13,500 bases of DNA from Fidelibacterota bacterium (GTDB lineage Bacteria; Fidelibacterota; Marinisomatia; Marinisomatales; TCS56): assembly GCA_043822705.1 (NCBI GenBank), contig JBDRBK010000056.1:1-13500 (forward strand), read 5' to 3'. The translations under genes and the position numbers were made by a program. Shown here piece by piece: positions 5,943 to 13,113 of this stretch (the first letter of the stretch is position 1; every line of letters begins with the position of its first letter). Under the pieces are notes generated by a model, which worked only from the letters and a program-made list of their open reading frames with translations, made no database searches and was not told the origin of the DNA.

Positions 5943-8585
5943 TTGTCGCAAATTAACGGACGTCTATTATCAATTGTCGTACTGGTAATGGTTCTGAATA
6001 TTCTTGCTGCCGCCAATAGCGCGGTGACGCTGAAGGCGGTTCGGCTCGAGCAGCCGTTGCGGTTGGACGCTGTCCTGGATGAACCATTTTACCAGACCGA
6101 GCCCTTCCGCGATTTCATTCAGAACGAACCGGACAACGGCGCTGTCCCCAGTGAGCGTACCGCCGTCTGGATCGGATATGACGATGTGGCGCTGTACGTC
6201 GGCTGGCGCCTGTGGGACAGTCGCCCCGATTCCATCGTGACCCGCATGTGCCGCCGGGACGCCGATTTAAATTCCGACGAAATCCAGGTGGCGATCGATT
6301 CCTATAACGATAATCGTTCCGGCTTTTATTTTATCGTCAATCCTTCCGGATCGGTCCTGGATGGTGCTATTTCCAATGACGGCTGGTTCGACGATAACTG
6401 GGACGGAATCTGGAGCCAGAAAGCACGGATTGACGAACAAGGCTGGACGGTGGAAATGCGAATCCCTTTTTCCCAGCTACGCTTCAACATGCGTGATGAA
6501 ATCGTTATGGGCCTAGGTCTGGGCCGGATCATAAAGCGTAAAAACGAGCAGATTCTGTCTTTCCTCGAACCGCGCGGCGAATCAGGATTGGTATCACGAT
6601 TCGGCGACCTGGCCGGGATCCGTGATCTGCAACCACCCCGGCGGATAGAACTGACACCCTATACCACCGCCAGCTATGCCGACCTGCCTTCCGAGGCCGA
6701 TAATCCGTTCTATCACGGATATGATCGCAACACCGGCCTCGGCACTGATCTGAAGTTCGGCATCGGTAACAATTTGACAGTGGATGCCACCATCAATCCC
6801 GATTTCGGCCAGGTGGAAGTCGATCCATCGGTGATCAATCTCTCGGACTACGAGACTTATTACGACGAAAAGCGGCCATTTTTCGTCGAGGGTTCAAGTA
6901 TATTTTCTTTCGGCAGTGGCGGCTCCACCAATCAATCCAATTTTAATTATTCCGCCCCTGATTTCTTTTACAGCCGGCGGGTTGGCCGCCCACCCCAGCG
7001 GGATGTGGACAGTGACGGCTGGGTGGACACGCCGTCCGCGGCCAAAATCCTGGGAGCAGCCAAGATCAGCGGAAAACTGCCCGGCGACCTGTCAATCGGC
7101 GGTCTCACCGCCCTGACGCGCCGGGAATTCGTCATAATCGATGATGACACACCGGTTGACAAAATCGAAGTCGAGCCGCAAACCAGCTACAACCTGCTGC
7201 GATTGCAGAAGGAAATCAACGGCGGGCGGCATGGAATCGGCGGACTGGCCACCCATTTGGCACGGCAGTTTGACGATCAGGATTTGCAGGCCACCGTAGC
7301 CGACAATGCCACCGGGCTCGGGATCGATGGCTGGACCTTCTTCAATGAAGAGCGGCGCTGGGCGCTGTCCGGTTGGGCTGGCTACACCCGGGTCAACGGA
7401 TCACCGGAACGGCTGGTAGACTTGCAAGAGGCTTACAACCATTATTTCCAGAAACCCGACGTGGATTATGTGTCGGTCGACTCCGGTCTGACCAGTCTGG
7501 AAGGCTGGGCCGGCCGCCTGTTCCTTAACAAGGAAAAGGGTCAGGTGCGGGTAAACGCCTCCCTGGGAGTCACTTCACCCGGTTTCGAATCCAATGATAT
7601 GGGCATCAACTTCCGGACGGATCAGATCAACAAGCATTTCCTGCTTGGTTATGCCTGGTTCGAACCGGGGAGCTGGTATCGCTCAGCCACGATCTGGGCG
7701 GCAGCCATGAACAATCATAATTTCGGTGGTGACAAGATCAACCAGATGATTTTTCTTTCCGCCGACCTGCAGTTATTGAATTACACCGGTTTCTGGTTCA
7801 TCGCCGGCGGTGGACCACGAACCCTCGACGATACCAAGCTGCGCGGCGGACCGTTGGTCGGGTCGCCGGCCGGGTACTGGGGTGAAGGCGGGTATTATTC
7901 CGATGGGCGCAAGGATCTGTCGTTTGATGTGGACATAGAAGCATCGGCCGGGGAAAACGGCTACTGGTATTACGATTTGAGTCCGTCACTGAATATCAAG
8001 TTGGGTACGCAGTTGAACTTTAACCTGAACCCGGAATACTCCGTCAGTCACACAATTGCCCAATATGTAATGAGCATCGATGACCCGGCGGCTGACTACA
8101 TGTACGGCACCCGCTACATTTTTGCCGTGCTGGATCGCCGAACGTTCGAGACCAACCTGCGGATGGAATATACATTCACGCCGCGACTCACCTTCCAGGC
8201 CTATTTTCAGGCCCTGCTGGCGGTGGGTGAGTACAGTGACTACAAGGAGTTCGCCCGGCCGCGGTCACTGGATTATCGGCATTATGCTGAGGAAGGACTG
8301 GTAATTCGCTACGATGAGCCCAACGACGAGTATTACGTCGAAGATACCGGGCAATACGAGCCACATGAAATCGACGACGATTTCAACTACAAATCACTTG
8401 TGGGCAGCGCCGTGCTGCGCTGGGAATTCCGGCCCGGGTCGATCCTCTACCTGGTCTGGACCAGCAACGGCGTGAATGAGGACCATCCCGGTGATTTCCG
8501 GCTCGGTCGCGATCTAAACGATCTCTGGCGGGCTGAAAATGATGACGTGCTGGCGCTGAAACTGACGTGGTGGATCGGCCGCTGA
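5943..8585 (+). CDS. Secreted CBM9-like + DUF5916 outer-membrane protein, paralogue 2 (~880 aa)
   Basis: Same motif order as paralogue 1: IDSYNDNR, WTVEMRIPFSQLRF, NPDFGQVEVDP, EKRPFFVEG, FYSRRVGR, VLRWEFRPGS, C-terminal LKLTWWIGR. GGAGG at 5934-5938 favours TTG 5943 over TTG 5931. A hydrophobic signal peptide follows. Confidence 0.88.
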   Translation: MSQINGRLLSIVVLVMVLNILAAANSAVTLKAVRLEQPLRLDAVLDEPFYQTEPFRDFIQNEPDNGAVPSERTAVWIGYDDVALYVGWRLWDSRPDSIVTRMCRRDADLNSDEIQVAIDSYNDNRSGFYFIVNPSGSVLDGAISNDGWFDDNWDGIWSQKARIDEQGWTVEMRIPFSQLRFNMRDEIVMGLGLGRIIKRKNEQILSFLEPRGESGLVSRFGDLAGIRDLQPPRRIELTPYTTASYADLPSEADNPFYHGYDRNTGLGTDLKFGIGNNLTVDATINPDFGQVEVDPSVINLSDYETYYDEKRPFFVEGSSIFSFGSGGSTNQSNFNYSAPDFFYSRRVGRPPQRDVDSDGWVDTPSAAKILGAAKISGKLPGDLSIGGLTALTRREFVIIDDDTPVDKIEVEPQTSYNLLRLQKEINGGRHGIGGLATHLARQFDDQDLQATVADNATGLGIDGWTFFNEERRWALSGWAGYTRVNGSPERLVDLQEAYNHYFQKPDVDYVSVDSGLTSLEGWAGRLFLNKEKGQVRVNASLGVTSPGFESNDMGINFRTDQINKHFLLGYAWFEPGSWYRSATIWAAAMNNHNFGGDKINQMIFLSADLQLLNYTGFWFIAGGGPRTLDDTKLRGGPLVGSPAGYWGEGGYYSDGRKDLSFDVDIEASAGENGYWYYDLSPSLNIKLGTQLNFNLNPEYSVSHTIAQYVMSIDDPAADYMYGTRYIFAVLDRRTFETNLRMEYTFTPRLTFQAYFQALLAVGEYSDYKEFARPRSLDYRHYAEEGLVIRYDEPNDEYYVEDTGQYEPHEIDDDFNYKSLVGSAVLRWEFRPGSILYLVWTSNGVNEDHPGDFRLGRDLNDLWRAENDDVLALKLTWWIGR

Positions 8586-8621
8586 TATAAATTGCTTTAA
8601 TCTGACCGGGCTTTTCGACCG

Positions 8622-9473
8622 TCAACCACTTTTGCCTTTTCTGATGGCTGCCAGTCCCTTCCAGACCGCCTGGGGGATTTTTTCCAAGTCATTGAATTGA
8701 CCGGCCCCTTTCAGCCATTCGCCACCGTCGATGGTGATCACGTCGCCATTGATAAAGCCCGTGCCGTCGCTCAACAGAAAGCTGGCCAGATCGGCCAGTT
8801 CGCGGTGTTCGCCGAAACGTTTCAGGGGAATCCGTTTCTTCATCGCCCGTTCGATCCCCAGTCCCGGCGGCACCAGCCGGCTCCAAGCGCCTTCGGTTGG
8901 GAATGGTCCCGGAGCAATGGCATTGGTACGGATGCCGTACTTGGCCCATTCCACCGCCAGCGACCGGGTCAAAGCCAGCACTCCGGCCTTGGCGCAGGCT
9001 GATGGTACAACATAACCGGAGCCAGTCCAGGCGTAGGTCGTGACAATATTCAGAATCGTGCCGCCGCCTTGGGCAATCATTTGCTTGCCAACGGCGTGAG
9101 TGCAGTTGAAAGTACCGTTAAGCACGATATCCACCACCACCTTGAAGCCACCTTCGGTCAGCATTTCGGTGGGACTGACGAAGTTGCCGGCGGCATTGTT
9201 GACCAGGCCGTCGATCCGGCCGAATTTCGCCACGGACGTTTCCACCATCCGCTGGACGTCGGCCGGCTTGCGGATATCGCATTCCATCGGCAGCACCACG
9301 GCGCCGGTCTGTTTCAGTTCGGCGGCCGCCGCTTCCAGTACTGCCAGCTTCCGGCTGGCGATCACCAGGTTGGCTCCCAGTTCACCAAAGCGCGCGGCCA
9401 TGGATTTGCCCAGTCCGGTGCCGCCGCCGGTAACCAGAATTGTTTTGCCGCTTAATAAATCGTCTTTAAACAT
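8622..9473 (-). CDS. SDR-family oxidoreductase, 2,4-dienoyl-CoA reductase (NADPH) type
   Basis: TGGGTGLG Rossmann motif, NNAAGNF, and GSGYVVPSACAKAG (Tyr-less SxxxK typical of DECR enzymes), LAVEWAKYGIR, IAPGPFPTEGAWSRL and IDGGEW. ATG 9473 has AGGGA upstream. Confidence 0.9.
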   Translation of the reverse strand: MFKDDLLSGKTILVTGGGTGLGKSMAARFGELGANLVIASRKLAVLEAAAAELKQTGAVVLPMECDIRKPADVQRMVETSVAKFGRIDGLVNNAAGNFVSPTEMLTEGGFKVVVDIVLNGTFNCTHAVGKQMIAQGGGTILNIVTTYAWTGSGYVVPSACAKAGVLALTRSLAVEWAKYGIRTNAIAPGPFPTEGAWSRLVPPGLGIERAMKKRIPLKRFGEHRELADLASFLLSDGTGFINGDVITIDGGEWLKGAGQFNDLEKIPQAVWKGLAAIRKGKSG

Positions 9474-9524
9474 TGGATTTTCCCTGTTTGGATACAAGAA
9501 ATCTACACATTAATCACCCGCCCC

Positions 9525-9553
9525 TTGTCTGACAACCAAAATCCCTGTATACT
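9525..9553 (+). promoter_or_regulatory. Candidate sigma70 promoter giving a leaderless transcript of the small membrane gene
   Basis: TTGTCT (9525-9530), 17 bp, TATACT (9548-9553). The ATG lies at 9559. Confidence 0.55.
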
Positions 9554-9558
9554 TGTCC

Positions 9559-9774
9559 ATGGACTCTCTGGCATTGATCGGCAGTATTCTGCTGCTGGCG
9601 GGCTTCCTGTTGTTCAGCCTGCGGCTGATGGCCTACAATCGCCGTAAGTTCGGAATCCCCGACAACGGACCATCCGATTCCCTGCGGACCTACCTGGCGC
9701 CCCATAACATGATGCGAATCCTGGCAATTATCATATTTCTGATCGCCCTGGTCATTCTGGTCCTGGGCAGTTGA
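9559..9774 (+). CDS. Small hypothetical membrane protein (71 aa, two TM helices)
   Basis: MDSLALIGSILLLAGFLLFSL...RILAIIIFLIALVILVLGS, with a basic loop (YNRRKFG). It fills the gap between two minus-strand genes. Confidence 0.7.
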   Translation: MDSLALIGSILLLAGFLLFSLRLMAYNRRKFGIPDNGPSDSLRTYLAPHNMMRILAIIIFLIALVILVLGS

Positions 9775-9779
9775 TCGGT

Positions 9780-10580
9780 TCATCCGCCTCCGGCGATAAA
9801 ACCACCGATCAATTCATTAACTACCCGCGGCTGCTCCAGCATCACCAGGTGCGCGACCTGCGGCACCACAACAAATTGCGCTGCCGGTAATTGACCGGCC
9901 AGTTTCTGCCCGGCGGCAACGGTGGTAAACTTATCGGCTTCGCCATTGATGATCAGGAACGGCGTCGTCAGCCGCGACAGATCGTGATCGCCGTCATAGT
10001 GCATGCCGTTGAACAGCGCCTTCATCATCCGCATTGAATTGCGATCACTGATCGCCCGTTCGCGCCGGATGAATTCCGGATCAGCGTCGGGATGAAAGGC
10101 GCCGACAGCAAAATTTTTACTGAAAATCGGCCGCAACAGTCTCAGCAGCCAGACCGGCAGATTCCAGATACTGTTGCCGTTCGGCGGTCGTAGCGGCGCC
10201 GCGCCGATCAGAATCGTACCTTCGACGGCCGCACCGAACCGCCCGCTCAGCCAGAGCGCGAAAGCGGTTCCGTAGGAATGACCGATAATAATATTACACC
10301 GCCGCTGATAGGTCAGGAAAACCGCTTCCAGGTCGGCCGCTAATTCGGTAAAGGCATAGCCCGACCGCGGTTCCGGGCTGCGCCCGTGGCCCGGCAAGTC
10401 CGGCACGACAATAAAATACTTTTCGGCCAGTTCGGCTACCTGGTACTGCCACTGGTCGCCGCGACCGCCGGCGCCATGAATCAGCAGGACCATTGTAGCG
10501 CCATCCCGCCCGCCGGTTTGCAGTGACAGTTCGCGGCCCGGCCGTACCATAATTCTATCGATGATAAGTTCTTTTAGCAT
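9780..10580 (-). CDS. Alpha/beta fold hydrolase (esterase/lipase-like)
   Basis: Oxyanion LIHGAGG, PDLPGHGRS, nucleophile elbow GHSYG, acid NGEAD and catalytic His in VAHLVMLEQP. Confidence 0.92.
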   Translation of the reverse strand: MLKELIIDRIMVRPGRELSLQTGGRDGATMVLLIHGAGGRGDQWQYQVAELAEKYFIVVPDLPGHGRSPEPRSGYAFTELAADLEAVFLTYQRRCNIIIGHSYGTAFALWLSGRFGAAVEGTILIGAAPLRPPNGNSIWNLPVWLLRLLRPIFSKNFAVGAFHPDADPEFIRRERAISDRNSMRMMKALFNGMHYDGDHDLSRLTTPFLIINGEADKFTTVAAGQKLAGQLPAAQFVVVPQVAHLVMLEQPRVVNELIGGFIAGGG

Positions 10581-10584
10581 TTCC

Positions 10585-10598
10585 TTAGAGCGCTCTAA
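10585..10598. promoter_or_regulatory. Perfect 14-bp palindrome TTAGAGCGCTCTAA, candidate operator
   Basis: Exact self-reverse-complement, 4 bp from the hydrolase ATG, in the divergent hydrolase/PhoH spacer. Confidence 0.5.
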
Positions 10599-10682
10599 CT
10601 TGTGTAACGATTACCGGAAGAGTAAATTCTCCCGGTATCGGCAGTAAAATCCGATGGTGTAATCTATCAAAGCGAGTAAATC

Positions 10683-12023
10683 ATGACCAAAACTAAAAAG
10701 AAAACGCCCAAATTATTCATCCTTGACACCAATGTCGTGCTGCACGACTCTCGTTGCATCCGCAATTTCCAGGAAAATGATATCGCCATTCCGATGACGG
10801 TCCTGGAGGAACTGGACAATTTCAAGCGTGGCAACGAACTGATCAATTTCCATGCCCGCGATTTTTTACGCCAGATGGATGAACTCACCGGCGACGTTTT
10901 ATTCGCCGATGGCGTTCAGTTGGGTCCCGACCTGGGCCGGCTGCGGATCATCGTCGGCAAGGAAAGTCATCCCGATCTGAAGCAGGTATTTTTCGAGGAT
11001 ACACCTGACAACCGCATTCTGAATGCCCTGTATTCGGTCTCCAAGACCGAGACCGAACATCGCGTAATCCTGGTTTCCAAGGATACCAATCTGCGGATGA
11101 AGGCCAAATCGCTGGGGCTGGCGGCTCAGGATTATACCACCGACAAGATCAAGAGTATCGACAAGATTTTCACCGGCAAACGCCTGGTCGAGAATGTCTC
11201 CGAAGAGGCCATCGATGCCCTGTACAAGGCGCCTTTCCAGGTGACAGCCGCCCTGTTGCCGGAAGTCGGCGAAAAGATCGCCAATGAGAATTTCATTTTG
11301 CGCAACGGCCAGAAATCAGCCCTGGCCACCTATCACCAGCAGGACGATGTTTTTGTCCGAGTCGATAAGGAACCGGCTTATGGCATCATGCCCCGCAACG
11401 CCGAGCAGACCTTTGCCCTGAAGGCGCTGATCGACGATCAGATTCCGCTGGTGACCCTCTCCGGCAAGGCCGGCACCGGCAAAACGCTACTGGCCCTGGC
11501 CGGCGCCCTGGCCTGCAGTTCCGGCTACCGCCAGATTTTCCTGGCCCGCCCGATCGTGCCGCTCAGCAACCGCGATCTCGGTTTTCTGCCCGGTGATATC
11601 AAGTCCAAGATTGATCCCTATATGCAGCCCCTGTTCGATAACCTGACCGTAATCCGCCACCAGTTCAACGAAAATGACTCCCACGTGAAAAAAATCAGCG
11701 ACATGATGGATAACGACAAACTGCTGATCACGCCCCTGGCCTTTATCCGTGGCCGCAGTTTCCAGAAGGTCTATTTTATCGTGGACGAGGCCCAGAACCT
11801 GACCCCGCATGAGGTCAAGACGATCATCACCCGGGCCGGCGAGGGCACCAAATTCGTATTCACCGGCGATATTTACCAGATCGACCACCCCTATCTGGAC
11901 ACCCTCTCCAACGGACTCAGTTACATGATCAACCGCATGAAGGGGCAGCCGGCCTACGCCCACATAACGCTGGAAAAAGGCGAGCGCTCGGCCCTGGCCG
12001 AACTGGCCAGTAATCTGCTGTAA
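10683..12023 (+). CDS. PhoH-family ATPase with N-terminal PIN domain (PhoH2/YlaK-like)
   Basis: PIN motifs [23 protein letters not shown] and VSKDTNLR. PhoH motifs PRNAEQ, Walker [19 protein letters not shown], Walker B IVDEAQN, TRAGE and TGD. Confidence 0.95.
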   Translation: MTKTKKKTPKLFILDTNVVLHDSRCIRNFQENDIAIPMTVLEELDNFKRGNELINFHARDFLRQMDELTGDVLFADGVQLGPDLGRLRIIVGKESHPDLKQVFFEDTPDNRILNALYSVSKTETEHRVILVSKDTNLRMKAKSLGLAAQDYTTDKIKSIDKIFTGKRLVENVSEEAIDALYKAPFQVTAALLPEVGEKIANENFILRNGQKSALATYHQQDDVFVRVDKEPAYGIMPRNAEQTFALKALIDDQIPLVTLSGKAGTGKTLLALAGALACSSGYRQIFLARPIVPLSNRDLGFLPGDIKSKIDPYMQPLFDNLTVIRHQFNENDSHVKKISDMMDNDKLLITPLAFIRGRSFQKVYFIVDEAQNLTPHEVKTIITRAGEGTKFVFTGDIYQIDHPYLDTLSNGLSYMINRMKGQPAYAHITLEKGERSALAELASNLL

Positions 12024-12050
12024 GCGCAATAATTAACCGGAAATTGGATT

Positions 12051-12476
12051 ATGACTGAACCGCACGAAAGCCCGCCCCCGGTGGAGACCTTGGAACTTAG
12101 CCTCAGTATCGAAAACCAATGGATGCTGGAAAAACTGGCCACCTGGAGCAAAGTGGTGGCGATCGTTAATATAATTTTCGGCATTCTGAATTGCCTGACG
12201 ATTTTCGCCCTGAGCATCCCCACGGTGGTGATCGGCGTTTTCATGATCCTGATGGGGACGCGGCTCAATTCCGCCGCCGCCCATTTTCGCTACAGCCTGT
12301 ACCATCGCGATTCGGCCAGCTTCGCGACCGCCCTGCAGCAGTTGCGGACCTTTATGCTTTATAACGGTATCCTGCTGTTGCTGGTGGTAGTCCTGATCGC
12401 GACCCTGTTTATCATCCTGCTCACCGCCGGTTCGGCTTTTTACGAGTTCTTTCAGGAATACATGGGTGCGGTTTAA
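12051..12476 (+). CDS. Membrane protein, DUF5362-like
   Basis: 141 aa with three hydrophobic segments and the pattern W(SK)..AI..II.G ... L..AA..F ... AL..LR.F....GIL typical of DUF5362 proteins. It starts 27 bp after the PhoH stop. Confidence 0.72.
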   Translation: MTEPHESPPPVETLELSLSIENQWMLEKLATWSKVVAIVNIIFGILNCLTIFALSIPTVVIGVFMILMGTRLNSAAAHFRYSLYHRDSASFATALQQLRTFMLYNGILLLLVVVLIATLFIILLTAGSAFYEFFQEYMGAV

Positions 12477-12561
12477 CAGCGCTGGCGATTTAGTATACTG
12501 ATAAATTCTTAAAAGCGTCTGTTTTTATTACAGAGATTGACTCCATAGTCCGATTAAGCTT

Positions 12562-12639
12562 GACAACGAACATTTCGTCCAGTTTGAAAAAGCCGTTGAA
12601 ACCAATCAGGCAATCGTTGAATTCCTGCAGACGGACTGA
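12562..12639 (+). pseudogene. Possible orphan C-terminal remnant of an alpha/beta hydrolase gene
   Basis: Reads DNEHFVQFEKAVETNQAIVEFLQTD*, resembling the catalytic-His/last-helix pattern HxxxxE...N.AI..FL. There is an in-frame TGA upstream at 12538 and no ATG/GTG/TTG start between. Confidence 0.4.
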
Positions 12640-12667
12640 TATCACAAAATAATAATCTGACTACCAC

Positions 12668-12706
12668 AAAAACACAGGTGGCGCCGCCCCCCGGTCTGCG
12701 CCACCT
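12668..12706 (-). terminator. Probable intrinsic terminator of the minus-strand operon (possibly bidirectional)
   Basis: Perfect 9-bp stem AGGTGGCGC (12676-12684) / GCGCCACCT (12698-12706). On the minus strand it is followed by GTGTTTTTG. It lies between convergent genes. Confidence 0.65.
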
Positions 12707-12780
12707 TCTATCTCTCGGCCACCTCAGCTTCCCAAGAACGGACTAATTTAATAACCATCGTCCGTTTAACGAAAGCCAAA

Positions 12781-13113
12781 TTATTTGAGCACTTCGTCGA
12801 CCGCCTTGTCCACCTCTTCCTTAACTTTTTCGGCGGCCTTTTCCTTGGCTTCCTCGGCTTTGTCTTTCAACATTTCCTTGCCCGGATCAATTACTTCTTC
12901 CTGGACCGTCTTCTTAATACCTTCCAGACTGGTGGGTACTTCCTGCCCGGTATAAACCAGATAGCCGATAAACAGGACAAACAGCGCCACCACCAGCAGG
13001 GCCAGTTTGAGCAGTTTTTTAACGATGCCGATCACGATGATCAGGGCCAGTACCACCGCTCCGGCCAGATAGACCGGATTGGAAGTCAGTGTTTCAATTA
13101 ATTGTTCAATCAT
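12781..13113 (-). CDS. Hypothetical membrane protein (110 aa): two TM helices plus a Lys/Glu/Ala-rich helical tail
   Basis: Hydrophobic segments are separated by VKKLLK, and the tail is KDKAEEAKEKAAEKVKEEVDKAVDEVLK. The ATG overlaps the upstream stop (ATGATTGA). Confidence 0.8.
   Translation of the reverse strand: MIEQLIETLTSNPVYLAGAVVLALIIVIGIVKKLLKLALLVVALFVLFIGYLVYTGQEVPTSLEGIKKTVQEEVIDPGKEMLKDKAEEAKEKAAEKVKEEVDKAVDEVLK

Noticed and set aside
3152..8625. Short alternative-frame and antisense ORFs inside the DUF5916 genes
   Set aside because: They overlap confident CDSs, have atypical Arg/Pro/Ser-rich composition and show no motifs.
8622..9473. Missing catalytic Tyr in the SDR (SACAK instead of YxxxK) as a sign of inactivation
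   Set aside because: This is the normal signature of 2,4-dienoyl-CoA reductase-type SDRs.
8689..9783. Overlapping ORFs within the SDR gene and minus-strand ORF 9514-9783
   Set aside because: Shadows. The plus-strand 71-aa ORF has a promoter and a clear TM pattern, whereas 9514-9783 is its Gln-rich antisense mirror.
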